Positions 41,507 through 55,540 of a DNA stretch of 64,000 nt are shown here, piece by piece. The notes below the pieces were generated by a model that saw only the letters and a list, made by a program, of their open reading frames with translations, had not been told where the DNA came from and did not search any database. Source of the stretch: Octopus sinensis (taxonomy: Eukaryota); NCBI RefSeq assembly GCF_006345805.1, contig NC_042998.1, positions 100,502,001 through 100,566,000 on the forward strand, given 5' to 3'. The translations under genes were made by a program, and so were the position numbers. How positions within the stretch are numbered: position 1 is the stretch's first letter; each line of letters starts with the position of its first letter.

Positions 41507-42180
41507 AGGCAGTCTTGACTGTGTGTTTAAAAAGATTGCTTCCCAACCTTGGGGTCCTAAGTTCAGTCCCTCTGCACAGCACTTTGAGCAAATATCTTCT
41601 ACTATAGATTCGGGCTAACAGATGCCTTGTAAATAGATTTGGTAAACCGAAACTGGAAGAAGCCCATATATATACATATGTACATACATACATACATACA
41701 TACATACATACATACATACATACATACATACATACATACATGTATACATACATACAAACTTACATGCATACATACATACATACATACATGCATACATACA
41801 TACATACATACATACATACATACATACATACATACATACAAATATACAAACATACATATATGCATGCATGCATGCATGTATGTATGTATGTATGTATGTA
41901 TGTAGTATGTATGTATGTATGTATGTATGTATGTATGTATGTATGTATGTATATGTCTGTGTGTGTGTGTCTTTTTGTTGGTGTTGTGTTTGTTCCCCAC
42001 CATTGCTTGACACCTGGTGGTGAATCATGTCTATCCCCATAAACTTAATTGTTTGACAAAAGATACTAATAAAATAAATGCCAAACTCAAAAGTCTGTAC
42101 TTGAATCAATGTGTTCAACTAGACCCTTCAAAGCAGTGCCCCAGCATGACTACAGTCCAATGATTGAAACAAGTAAAAGG
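41507..42180 (+). mobile_element. tRNA/CORE-type SINE with its internal microsatellite expanded to ~300 bp of (TACA)n/(TATG)n
   Basis: 5' half 41507-41665 and 3' half 41960-42180 match the 402-790 family. Confidence 0.8.
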
Positions 42181-42182
42181 TC

Positions 42183-42503
42183 AGAAAACAGCACAGCTCC
42201 CATGACTTTCGGAAACATTTTTTCACGCTAAGAGTTGCTGAAGCATGGAACAAACTGCCGGCATCAGTTGTTAGTTGTCGGAGCACTGCATTCTTCAAAA
42301 CTTCCATGCTTCCTGAGACTTGCCAACACTACACCTGATTTTCTCCCCTCCATACACACGCAAGCATGTATCTGACTCATACACTGTTCACTTTCCAGAC
42401 ATTTGTACATTACTGCATATGCTTTATACGCACTTTTGACAAGTTGTGGTGCACCTAAGCACTGTATACAATAATTTCATTATTATTATCAATATTATTA
42501 TTA

Positions 42504-42555
<52 letters not shown>
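42183..42555 (+). mobile_element. 5'-truncated CR1/L2-group LINE 3' end with (ATT)n tail
   Basis: 42183-42338 encodes RKQHSSHDFRKHFFTLRVAEAWNKLPASVV...* (CR1-type C-terminal RxxFFSxRVxxxWNxLP), then 3' UTR and (ATT)n. Confidence 0.85.
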
Positions 42556-43529
42556 GTGACTAAGAGAAAAATTCATATATTGTTTTTAAATATAATTATT
42601 TCAAGTTAAATTAACAATAACAAAAGAAATGACACACAATTCCACTTATTGATGAACAGATTTACAAATACTAGAAACAAACACAGTCTTCTGAATTAGA
42701 CATTTCCATTTTAGCAAAACAGTAATTAAAATGTTTACAAAACAGATAATTAAATCTGAAGTGGTACAAAGAAAAATAAATTGGTATTTTTTTCATAAAA
42801 TAGGCCTACTTCAGATATTTTTTTTCTCAACTTCAAATTTATAAAAAATCATGATTGAAAGATGTAAATTTACTGCAAGACCCAATGAAGGTGATAAAGG
42901 CAAGACAAAGCAGTGCATCAAATGAGGATATGAATGTAGTTGATATAGAGTTCACAAGTTTTGAAGAGCAGAGACTACAGTATTAGGAGCTGAATAGACA
43001 AAGAGTAGATATAGCTCATTTTTGCCTCATCAGTTGTAAACTATTAAATATTAAAGCAAGCCATTTATAATTATTATGTCTTAGTTATAAAGGCATTCCT
43101 ATAACCTATAGTGGCTTGCTTAATAAGACCAATATAGATATGAAGAAGTTTCTTTAAGTTTAACACTGAAGATGAGACTAACTTAAGAAGATGAATCTAT
43201 AATTATAAGATACAGAGAGAATAAGAGAGCTAATTTATATAATCTTGTAACTAAAATGTCTGGAGTTCATTAGATAAAAAAAATATATAAATATTCTTGA
43301 GAAGATTGGCACTGTTTTGATTCTAGCACAAAAATCATAGCTTGTTCTATCTGTTGTTTTATAAGGGTTAAAAGAATTAGCAACTGATAATGGTAAAGAC
43401 AAGAATTTATGATTTCCTGAGGAAAAAAGTAAATGTTGACACATGTGTTGATGTTTTTAGCCCCAGGTTAGCTTTGATCATGCAGATGTATGACCAAAGA
43501 CATTCTGGCCATGACCATCCCATCGTTTT

Positions 43530-44090
43530 CCAAACTCCAATATCAAAATCAAATTCAATGACTGGCATCCTTGTAAGTGGGATGCAAAGAGCACCATACC
43601 AGTGTGATCGTTTGACAGAGCAGCTAACCGGCTTCCATGCCAGTGACACATAAAAGGGCATCATTCAAGTGTGATCGTTACCAGCATCACCTTACTGGCA
43701 CTTGTGCCCGTGCAAGTAGGGTGCCAAGAGCACCATCCGAGCGTGGTCGTTGCCAGAGCAGCCAACTGGCTTCCATGCTGGTGGCACATAAAAGGGCACG
43801 ATTCGAGCATGATCGTTACCAATGTTGCCTTACTGGCATCTGTGCCGATGGCATGTGTAAAAAGATTTGAGTGAGGTCATTGCCAGTACCACCTGACTGG
43901 CCCCCGTGTCGGTGACATGTAAAAAGCACCCACTACACTCTCTGAGTGGTTGGCGTTAGGAAGGGCATCCAGCTGTAGAAACTCTGCCAGATCAAGATTG
44001 GAGCCTGGTGCAGCCATCTGGTTTGCCAGCCCTCAGTCAAAATTGTCCAACCCATGCTAGCATGGAAAGCGGACATTAAACAATGATGAT
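43530..44090 (+). mobile_element. Modular (GAT)n-tailed SINE-like element
   Basis: ~6 diverged ~60-bp modules plus the conserved 3' block. Confidence 0.85.
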
Positions 44091-45080
44091 GTGTATCCAG
44101 AAATGTGCTCTTGCTTTCTTTTTTTAATGGTAGGATTTGGTTTGAAAGAGATTTGGTTGCTATTTCTTGCAGACCAAGCAACCATATAGTAGTTCCCTCA
44201 TTTGCATGTGTGATTGAGTTGTTTCCCAGCTGTCTTTGTTCGTGTCTTTTTTTTTTTTTTGCATGTTTCAACTTGCATTAGTTTAAGTGGAACAATAATA
44301 GCAGTTTTAGATGGCCAGCAAAAGCCATAAGCAATACCACTTCCTCCAGACAGAAAGTAAAAACAAAGATATGTTCTCTGATTCAACAGACCTATTATCA
44401 AAGTTTTGACCATCCCACCTTTAATTCAGACCACTAGAGTAGCTAGGGGCAGTCCACCCTAGGTGGCACTTTTCATCCTGTTGCAGTCACTAACCCTCAC
44501 ATGTTTCCAAGCAAAGTAATATTTCTCCCTGGCCTGACATTTTTCACAGAAGACTAGAAACAAACAACTTTGCTTGTTTGGTAATGATGCTCATTTACAA
44601 CCATCACATGATGTCTAGACAAGGACACACACATACACATATATTACACAAGGTTTCTTTCAGTTTCCATCAACCAAACCTACATACAAGGCTTTGGCTG
44701 ACCTAGGCCTATAGCAGAAGATACTTGCTCAAAGTGCCATACAGTACTGTGTATAGTTGAGATGAAAGATTTTCAACCAAACAGCATTTATGAAAACTAT
44801 GAATTAGTTGCATGTTCTGTTTGCTTCATTTATATACAATATAAGAAATTAGTTGTTGCCTTGTATATGCACTGGTCTGATCTAAATGATGAATGGATTA
44901 CTATTTCAAATGGTGAACAATTATATCATTTGTGAATTAGTTTATACTAATTTACCTAATGACATTACCAACATTGGAAAATAGTGGTTAAAAACTATAA
45001 GGTGGTCGGGAAATAACAACAACAACAACAACAACAACAACAGCAGCAGCAGCAGCAGCAGCAACAACAACAACAACAAC

Positions 45081-45260
45081 AACACGAGCACTCAGAGAGT
45101 GCAAATCTCTACCAACACAACACCAACATCCTCTCAACGATTAACCGGAGATGATTTTTAAAATGAGAATATCTGAAATAAAATCCTTCAATGGACAAGC
45201 AAACAAACAAACAAACATGACTGAAAACAATACCTCTACCTTCACTAAGGCAAAGGTAAT
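45081..45260 (-). mobile_element. Helentron-associated non-autonomous element (HINE/DINE-like)
   Basis: Minus strand: 5' hairpin ACCTTTGCCTT-AGTG-AAGGTAGAGGT, (GTTT)n microsatellite, 3' subterminal copy TTGGTAGAGAT, terminal hairpin GCACTC-TCT-GAGTGC, T-rich flanks. Confidence 0.6.
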
Positions 45261-45261
45261 A

Positions 45262-45850
45262 ATAAAAAATGGAGAAGAAACAATAAATCATATTGTCTCT
45301 GGCTGCCCAGTCCTGGCTAAGAAGGATTATGTTCACAGACACAACAGAGTTGGGACCTATATACACTGGAAGTTATGCCAACACTATGGAATAACAACAG
45401 AAAACAGATGGTATAGGCACACGCCAGAAAAGGTCACAGCAAATGAGAAAGCAACCATATTCTGGGATATACCAATAAACGCAGACAGAGAAATTAAGGC
45501 CAATGGGCCATATATAGTTGTCAGAGATCATCAGGAAAAAAATACCTTTTAATCGATGTATCAAAACCAACAGATGATAATGTTTCTCTAAAAGAAATGG
45601 AGAAACTTTCAAACTACAAAGATCTGGAAATAGAGGTAACTTGAATGTGGAGTCTGAAGACAAGAACAATTCCTATCATAGTAAGCGCATTAGATATAAA
45701 TAGCACTAATAGGCACTGCACACATGCTATGTAAACCACTTTCAATACAGTAAAAATGAGAGCGTCACAACAAACTACAGCACATACCCAAGGCACAGGT
45801 TCGATGTCAGGCACAATAACAGTAGTTCGACAGAACTTGCTGAACATTTC
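45262..45850 (+). pseudogene. R4/Dong-clade non-LTR retrotransposon C-terminal fragment (Zn-knuckle + restriction-like endonuclease)
   Basis: ETINHIVSGCPVLAKKDYVHRHNRVG...IFWDIPINADREIKANGPYIVV...KYKDLEIE pattern typical of RLE-type elements; stops downstream. Confidence 0.88.
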
Positions 45851-46313
45851 ATTTCAAGCAGCTGCAGTTTTGAATCTGCTTCACTTTCACTTCTCAGAAT
45901 GTATGAGGAGAAATAAGTTTGTGAGTTATTAACATCATGCCTTGGAGGAATGAATAAAATGACAAGAGAATATCATCAAATTTATACAAAACTGTTTGAT
46001 TAAATATTCTTCTTTCTCTCTTTTTCTTTTCTTTTTTTCTGTCATGTTCTTTCTTCTGTTTTTTATGTTTTCTTCTTTTCACCTGTTATAAAATTGCAAC
46101 TTAAAAACTGATGATGTCATTCCATCAACGTGTGGACACTGGTTGCTCTCGTTCATACTTTACATTTAAATTTCTGTAACTTTGAATTTTTATCACTTCT
46201 TATTTTGAACTTGTCACAGACAGACGTACTGTTGAAATATCGTTCAACTAATAAAATATCTTACAATCGAATCACGCTCTTCGTCTTGACTAATAATAAT
46301 AATGATAATAATG

Positions 46314-46367
<54 letters not shown>

Positions 46368-46371
<4 letters not shown>

Positions 46372-46587
46372 GACAAATACATAACAAAAACACCAGGACT
46401 TACAAACACATATAACACAGAAAATTGCACTACTAGGCACTGCACACATCCTATGCAGAACACTTTCCATACAATAACCATCAGAGCATCACAACAAATC
46501 ACAGTACATACCCAATGCACACACAGCTGCGCTCGGTAGTGAAGTGAAAGCACAATATAAAAAATATACTACTGAATAATAATAATA
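46368..46587 (+). mobile_element. R4/Dong 3' terminal fragment embedded in (TAA)n
   Basis: QKIALLGTAHILCRTLSIQ* plus 3' UTR homologous to 45705-45800; (TAA)n on both sides. Confidence 0.82.
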
Positions 46588-46729
46588 TATTATTATGGAT
46601 TCAAATTTGGCTATAAGGGGAACCACCTTGAGGGAGGGAACTAGTCGATTACATCGACTCCAAAAGGATGAGAAGCAAAGTCAACATTGGCACGTGAAGA
46701 TAGATGAAATACCACTCAGCATTTCACAA

Positions 46730-47050
46730 TAATTATAATAATGATGATGATGATGATGATAATGGCAAACACATTGATGATGGTTGCCGGCACTGGCAGT
46801 GACGGTGGCAGTGGCAGTGACGGTGGTGGTGGTGGTGGTAAGAAGGAGGAGGCAGAAAATGAGGTTGTGGAGGAGGGGGAAGTGGAGGAGGAGAGGGGGA
46901 AAGGAGAAGTAGGAATGAGGAGGAAGGATGAGGGGGAAGAGAAGGGGGATGAGGAGAAGGCAGTGGTGGAGGATGAGGATGAGAATGAGGACGATGGGGA
47001 TGAGGAGGATGAGGAGGATGAGGAGGATGAGGATGAGAGGAGAAAGTAAC
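46730..47050. repeat. Purine-rich trinucleotide low-complexity tract (GAT/GGT/GAG)
   Basis: Directly visible; a pyrimidine-rich counterpart lies at 50733-50970. Confidence 0.9.
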
Positions 47051-47329
47051 ACATCATCATTAATCATAGTATAAATATCAAATAAGTAAATCTCTGACTT
47101 CAACTCCTGCCAGGGTTAATTTCACCACTCTCTCTCTCCCCTTTTTCTGAGTATATATATATATATATATATATAGGTGAGTTCAATTAGAGGTTATAAT
47201 AACCGGCTAAGGGATGTTTGTATTCAATGAATTACTGGTGTATTACCTATATGTGATTATGAGTATTATTATTAGTGCTCGTAAATGATAGGTAAGGAAA
47301 GGAATAAACTGAAGTTTATCTATATTTAA

Positions 47330-48064
47330 CCCTTTTGATACCAACCTGGCTGCAACTGACTCTGCCTCTGTAGCACAAATGTTGTGTTTTCATAAGTTTT
47401 GAATTAAAATCTTCCACCAAATCTTAGTCACAATTTATGTTCCTAACACTAGCTTAATGATAACAAAGTTATTTTACTAAATCTTTTGTTATATTTAAAA
47501 CTAGCAGTATCGCCCGGTGTTGCTCGGGTTTGTAAGGGAAATAACTATATAAGCATTTTTAGAGAGTTACTTCCCTTATAGATGCCAATTCGGGCTTTCT
47601 TAGCCATTTCTGTTTTGGTGTCTTCAAGCCATGAAGTCGTTGTTCTAAAAGAACGCTGGTCTCCTTAACAACGCATTACGACGTTGATTTCTTTACACTC
47701 CCTTCCCCACAGCTTCACGAGGGAGGGAAGGGGGGAGAAGCAAACACAGGTGCAGCTGTGAGTGTGGACGCCAACTCCGCCGCCATCGACACATGAAAAA
47801 TTATGCATTAAAATGGAATAAAAAATGATGTTAAATTATTTTTAAAATCGTAGACTCATCGTTGACGTGCACTAATAGCCAGATGGGCTCGATATGAATC
47901 ACGACTATAAGATACCCGAATTTGGTTAAACTGCACCGCAAAATGTGGGAGGAGTTAGGAATCTAAATCGAAGGGGACAGACACTCACACAACTAGAGTT
48001 TTATATATATAGATTAATTGAAAGAAACGCAGAGCATCTCAAAATAAATATGGTAACGAAAGGG
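47330..48064. mobile_element. piggyBac-type MITE family A interrupted by a Helitron
   Basis: TTAA|CCCTTTTGATACC ... GGTAACGAAAGGG|TTAA; halves rejoin to match the reverse complement of 18083-18302. Confidence 0.9.
47501..48013 (-). mobile_element. Non-autonomous Helitron, 513 bp
   Basis: Minus strand A|TCTATATA... hairpin CCCGAGCAACACCGGG ...CTAG|T; inserted between A and T without TSD; CpG-rich. Confidence 0.9.
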
Positions 48065-48334
48065 TTAAGGAAAAATAAGAAAATTGATAATTGATAAACA
48101 TCAGTTATTATTTAAAAGGACAATACCTCGTCTTACAGCTGTTTCTGCTCACGCTATTTTAAACATAATCAGGCTTGATTATCACAATAATAAAAATTAT
48201 CGTTGTAAATGATTATACCAACTTAAATAGTGGAATTTCATTAGAGCAGAAAAATAAAGAAGAAAATGAATAAGATAGAGAAAAATAGAAAATAAGGATA
48301 TACCAATTGATGTGTACATGCTATCCCTCTGAAT

Positions 48335-48495
48335 AATGGGCTTCTTCCAGTTTCCAGTTACAAAATCCATTCAGGAGACTTTGGTCAGCCCATGGGTATA
48401 GTTGAAAACACTTGCCCAAGGCACTAAACAATGGAACTGAACAGGAGACTACATAGCGGGGAAGCAAGCTTCTTAACTACACAGTCATGCCTGTG
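48335..48495 (-). mobile_element. tRNA/CORE-type SINE 5' half
   Basis: CACTTGCCCAAGG and head homology; similar pieces at 44650-44790, 50020-50340, 60560-60690 and 63455-63555. Confidence 0.7.
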
Positions 48496-48499
48496 TCTA

Positions 48500-49000
48500 C
48501 ATCATCATCATCATCGTTTAACGTCCACTTTCCATGCTAGCATGGGTTGGACGATTTGACTGAGTACTGGCAAACCAGATGGCTGCACTAGGCTCCAATC
48601 TGATCTGGTAGAGTTTCTACAGCTGGATGCCCTTCCTAATGCCAACCACTCCAAGAGTGTAGTGGGTGCTTTTACATGCCACTGGCACAAGGGCCAGTCA
48701 GGCGGTACTGGCAACAGCCACACTCAGATGGTGTTTTTTACGTGCCACCTGCACAGTAGCGAGTCCAGCAGCACTGGCAACGAACTTGCTCGAATGATTT
48801 TTCACGTGCCAGTAAGGCGACGCTGGTAACAATCATGCTCAAATGGTGCTTTTTACATGCCACCGGCATGGAAGCCAGTTAGCTACTCTGGCACCATACT
48901 CTTAGCACTTCACTAGCACGAATGCCAGTCATCGAATTTGATTTCGGTTTCGATTTCACTTGCCTCAACATGTCTTTGTGTCCAATGAAAGAAAGGTATG
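48500..49000 (-). mobile_element. Modular (CAT)n-tailed SINE-like element
   Basis: Reverse complement of the 43530-44090 family. Confidence 0.85.
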
Positions 49001-52000
49001 CATATAATAATCAATTTGGAGAAATTTAATTAAATAATTAACTTTGTCATTATTAAGCTGGTGTTTGAAATGTAATGAAAAATTCTTCCATAAAAATTAT
49101 CATTGCAGATTTCTGTTTTAAATCTTTTATTTTTTATCTTGCAATTGTTTCAATCATTGGACTGCAGCCACACCAGGGCACAGGCTCAAAGTGTTTCTTA
49201 ATCATTTTTTTACCCTTTCATTCCTATTTTATTTGGATGAACATCTCTCACCTGCTCTCTCTTGCACTCCTGCTGTTTCCCACTCTCTCTCTTCTTCTCC
49301 TGCTCTACCCTCAGGTTGGGTAACCATGTATCTCTTTTACAGCAGCACACCTACTTCTGTCCTCATTTTCTCTCACTCTCTTTCTCTCCCACCTTCTCCC
49401 CCCCTCTCTCGCCAGGAAACCATATACCTCCCCTACAGCAAGACACCTGTTTCTGTCTCTCTCTGTCTCACTATAATTTTCATCATCTGATACAAAATTC
49501 CCTCCTCCAATGCCCCCTCCCCTCTCAAAGGATCCTTGTCTTGCAAGTTACTTGGTGACCTTGCTAGTGTTAGTACTACTTAAGAAGCATTCAGGCCACA
49601 CTGTAAAGTGGTTGGCATTTGGAAGGGCATCCATCTATAAAAACCATGCCAAACTGACTTTGCTGTGCTTGTGCCATGTAAAAAGCACTCGGTTCACTCT
49701 GCAGAGTGGTTGATGTTGGGTTGGGCATCCAGCCATAAAACCCTGCCAAAACAGACACAAAAGTCTGGTGCAGGTTCCTGCCTGGCCAGCCCCTGTCAAA
49801 CCGTCCAACCCACACCAGCCTGGAAGGAAAATGTTAAACAATGATGATGATGATGAGGGGCCCTCCTAGCCATTTGGTGTTTAAAAAATCATATTATTAG
49901 GAATTGTGCAAAAAAAGAACCCATTAAACATTTTTTGTATTGAAGAAGTATAGGGAATTTATTGCACATAAATTTTAACAACAAAATCTTATGTGGACCC
50001 TCAAGGGTCCACATTGAGGACCACTGATTTAAATACAAATCAGCCCCAGTACTTATTTTATTTAAAGTCTGGTACTTATTCAATTGGACTCTTCTGCTGA
50101 ACCACTAACATATGGGGACATAAACAAACCAACACCAGTTGTCAAGTAGTGGGATGAACAAACAAAAGATACACACATACTCATGGCTTCCATGCATTTT
50201 CCATCCACTAAATCCACTCACAAGGTATTGGTCAGCTTAAAGCTACTGTAGAAGACACTTGCATAATGTAACATGCAGTGGAACTGAACCCAAGACCACA
50301 TGGTTGCAAAACAAGTCTCTTAACCACACAGCCATACCTTTGAGTTGAATATTATGAAACCAGAGACAATCAAAAGTGAGTTGGCATCAAGTGGATTTTT
50401 AAGTGATAGATTTACTGACCAAATGTCATGAGTTAAAATATTATTCCACTTGTTTAAATCAGTCATATTAGGATGAAGTGAGACATCTTGACTTCAGCAA
50501 TTCCTGAAAATGTTTTGGTTTTGTAGAACCATTCAGTATGACCTTTCATGGAAACTATATTTATAAACACTTAAAAAAATAAAATTAAAAATGAAATTTG
50601 TAAATTGCATTGAAGAGTATGGCTACGTGGTTAAGAAAATCTCTTTACAACCATGTCGTTTCATGTTTAGTACCACTGTGAGGTACCTTGTGCGTGTGCC
50701 TTCCATTATAACTTTTGACTGGCTAAAGCCAATTCCTCCTCCTCCTCCTCACCACCACCACCACCACCTCTTCTTCCCTTTTCTTTTTCTTCTCCTCTAC
50801 CACCACCTCTTCTCTTTTCTTTTTCTTCTTCTCCTCTTCTGCCTCCTCCTCCACATCTACCTCCTTCTCCACTTCTTTTTCTTCTTCTTGTCTTCCTCCA
50901 CCTCTTCCTCCTCCTCTCCTCTTCCTCCTCCTCTTCTCCTGCTTGTCCTCATTGTCATCGTTGTTGTTGATTTGCTCCTGATCAGCCGTGATTGAACAGA
51001 CCTATGATCAGAGATATTCCAGCCATGATTATCTGAGCTCTTTAGAAGTACGTAGGAGTACATTATTTAACATGTCCTTAATTTTTTTAAAACAAAAGGG
51101 TATGATTTGAGAAAGATTAGGTTAGTATTTATTGCAGTTTAAGCATCCAGATAGAGATTCTTCAGAATTCTTTTCTTGGTATTTGTTAGATTATCAAGTA
51201 GAGGAAACATTCTCCAAGACATGTTTCCTTCATTACAACATGAAATAACTTGATCATTTCAATGCCCTACATTTTTTTTTTTTTTTTGGTACACAGATAT
51301 TTAATTTCCAGGGTGTTTGTTCTATTTAGAAAAGTAACAGTTAATACACAAACAGTATCAGGATAGCTACAAGAGGGATCTAGTCTGTTTATTTGAGAGT
51401 TATGTATTAGGAAGTGAGTTAGAGCTTACACAAGAGATTAAATTTCTGCATGAATGATTACTTTTGAAGCAAGATAATATAACTTAAAGTAAATTAATAG
51501 TTGGTTTACAGTGAGTTCAACTTGTTAACATTAGATGGAGGGAGACTTTAAAAGTGATGAATATCAAAAATATGTTTGTATTGCAAAAGCAAAAGTAAGT
51601 TTCTGTTTTCTTTTCAATATGTAAACTATCATAGGAAAATAATGATGTAGAAGTGACAAATTACATACAAATATAAACAAATACTTAAATAAATAATGAT
51701 AAAAATTTCTAGTTCTGGCATAAAGCCACACATTTTTTGTAAGTGGTGGGATGGAATCAACTCTAGTCGCAGACTGGTTCTATTTTATCAATCCTGGCAG
51801 GATTTGATTTCAGGACATTAATGGACTTGATTCTTCAAGTCCAACTAATATAAGAGAAAATGCATTAATGTATAAGAGGGGTATCTGTTTCTACATAACA
51901 TATGTATTTTACAACTACATTCTACCTGCAAAACAAAGTCACACAGAATATGTATATATTTATATAATATCTGTAGAGAAAATAATCCTGATCTAAAAAT

Positions 52001-52272
52001 AACTTTGGATCCAAATATAGCTAATTTAAGAAGATTCTGAAAACCCAAAATAATACCTGAAAGAAGGGATACACCAATTTAAGAGGAGGTTTAAGTTGGT
52101 TACATCAACCCCAGTGATTAACTGGTACTTCTTTTATCAACCCCAAAAGGATGAAAGGCAAAGTTGATCCTGATAGCATTTGAACCTAGAACAAAAAGAT
52201 GGACAAAATGCCACTAGGTATTGTGCCCAGCATGCTGATGGTCCTGCTAGCTCACTACCTTCTGAAGAGATC

Positions 52273-52770
52273 GTCATCATCATCATCGTTTAACGTCTGC
52301 TTTCCATGTTAGCATGGGTTGGACAATTTGACTGAGGACTGGCAAACCAGATCGCTGCACCAGGCTCCAATCTTGATTTGGCAGAGTTCTACAGCTGGAT
52401 GCACTCCTAATGCCAACCACTTCAAGAGTGTAGTGGGTGCTTTTATGTGCCACCGGCACAGGGGCCAGTCAGGCAGTACTGGCAATGGCCATGCTCAAAT
52501 GGTGTTTTATACGTGCCACCTGCACAGGAGCCAGTCCAGCAGCGCTGGCAATGACCTCGCTCAAATGTTTTTTCACGTGCCACTGGCACAAATGCTAGTA
52601 AAGCAATGCTAGTAATGATCACGCTCGAATGGTGCTTTTTACATGCCACTGGCACAGAAGCCATTGAGCTGCTCAGGTAACGATGACACTCGGATGGTGC
52701 TCTTAGTGCTCCACTAGCACGGATGCCAGTCATCAAATTGGATTTCGATTTGATGACTGGCATCCATCAT
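52273..52770 (-). mobile_element. Modular (CAT)n-tailed SINE-like element
   Basis: Closely similar to 48500-49000. Confidence 0.85.
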
Positions 52771-52779
52771 ACATAATGA

Positions 52780-53950
52780 AAATACAAACAGAAAACAAAA
52801 AAAAACAGTTATAATCATTAAGAATGTAAACCATAAAGATCAACTGAAGAATTCTAAAGAAGGAAATTCTGAATATAACAATGATCTAAAGGTAGAAATA
52901 GTTAAAGAATTAAAACTGACAGATTTTTCTATGGACTAACAAAAACCATCTCAATGATAAAAATAATAAAATAGCAATAACAATAAGGAATTAATTTATG
53001 ACCTCATAAATTTTAAGTTAACAAATGGAAACACTGACACCACCAAGACAAACCAAATAATTTATGCCACAATCAAAGTAGTTGCAAAGGAAAATGGTCA
53101 TACCCTCAGAACAACTTGCAGTTCATATACAAGACTTTCAAGACATAAGCACAAAACATGGTAAAAAAGAAAAGAGAGAGGAAGATAGTAAAAGAAGAAA
53201 AGATATCTCAATCATTAATCAAATCATCAATAAAAGGACATACACAGAGGAGGGGAAAAAATAAAAGAAATCAAAGGATATATAGAGCTAGAGGTCCTCA
53301 CTAAAGCACAAAGAGTTTGTTGTTATGAACCACAAAAATGATTTACTGAACAAAATAAACAAATGGAATCCAAACCCTAGCTATTTTATCCAGAACTACA
53401 TAAAACAAAATAAAAATCTATGTGGCAATAACAATGAGAGAGCAGAAGAATTTGGTGGAGAAGTATGGTCAATGAAAGGATCATTGTAGATGAAAATGTT
53501 CAAAATAATGAGTATAGTCCCAGAACAATTGTGAGAGACCATATCAAGAAATAGACTAGATACTACAAAGAATGGACAACTTGAAGGTGTCGGAGCAGGA
53601 GTGAGATCTAAACTTGTAATTGAAATATTTAACAGACACACACATAGTGCTAGCAAAATATTTAATGATTGACAGAACCAGAAACAATACCTGATTAACT
53701 CATCAATTAGAAAACTATGTAAATCCTCAAGATTAAAGACTCAGCTAACCACAACAAAATCCTACAGACCCATAGCTATTGTCCTACAGCATGTAAGCTT
53801 ACCCAGCAATAATATAAAAGATAAATGACTACCTGGAAAATTCTGAAAAAGTTTATATCAACAAAGCCATAACCGAAGGTTATAGGATGAAAAAGGAGAG
53901 TCTGACATAGATTGACTACCAGAAGGCCTTTGACCAGTGACACAGCAAGA
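52780..53950 (+). pseudogene. Highly decayed non-LTR retrotransposon (probably R4/Dong) N-terminal/RT region
   Basis: YRPIA at ~53763 and DYQKAFD (GACTACCAGAAGGCCTTTGAC, ~53914) RT motifs in an A-rich sense strand. Confidence 0.6.
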
Positions 53951-54794
53951 ATTCTTAACACTCAGAGGTAAAGATAGTTTTTGCACTTCCACCTTAATTA
54001 ATATGCATGATGAGTAAGAGGAAATGTTGCATACTTTTACATTTATACTCGAGGGTAATTGTTCCAACAACCCCCTTTGCTACACCTATGCGTTTGACAG
54101 TGTTCCACTTAGTCATTAATAAGAAGGAATAAATAATAAGCAAGTGCATTTAACATGTTATGATTAAGAAGCAAACAATTTTGCAAACACAAACAAGAGG
54201 AAATAATGAAAATGAAACATATCCCTATTAGAAAAGGAATACTCCATCTGTAGTGAAATATTGCTATTCACCCTCTCCACTAATTTTCTGCCAGCATTCT
54301 AAATCAGACTCAAATCTTTGGCACTTAGCATCTGGAATATACATTCCAGATGAACTATATGGAAAAGGGCCTCATAAATGATTGCCACATCATATTATCT
54401 ACAAACCTTTGCAGATTCTGTAGTTTCAGTGCATGCTAGTGCATCATCAGCCTTAACATACTGAGCACTTCTTGCAGGGAGTATTAGCAGCAGGTGAACT
54501 TTTTGATCAGAGGAAAATATCTTTTTTTGCAAGAATTGAAAAAGCAGATGCCCCAACCTAGTTTAATGAAAAAAGAGCCAAGAGTCCATGGTTAAGCAGT
54601 AATAAATAATGGCAGCAATGTATGCATTCACTACCTCTATCCAACCTGCAGGGCATAGTACGTTCTTAGCCCATTTGTGGGTAATATTGCCATTACTTTG
54701 TAATAGTTCTCTATTTCTATCAAACACTTTTCTTTTCTCTTTGTGTATGGGGTAGGTATATCCTATATACATACATATATACACACATGCATAC

Positions 54795-55333
<539 letters not shown>

Positions 55334-55540
55334 CTGTTTCAATACACGATTTCACATCAAGAATTTTGCAAAACAAATATATAAACGTATATATACATAT
55401 ATATAGTTAAAGTTGCTTAGGGGATATGTTAACCTCATAAAGGGATGGTTACATCCAAGGAAACACTGGTTCTATATCAAGTATTTTTGGGAAATTAAAT
55501 TTCTTTAAATCTATAGGTATATATTAAGCATATAATTCAT

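Noticed and set aside
46105-46140. CTGATGA hammerhead core (also at ~18423 and CTGAAGA at ~57272)
   Set aside because: No properly placed stem II-GAAA-UH and stem I pairing
46741-47049. 102-aa acidic/Gly-rich ORF
   Set aside because: Entirely trinucleotide low-complexity sequence next to a SINE; no splice or domain support
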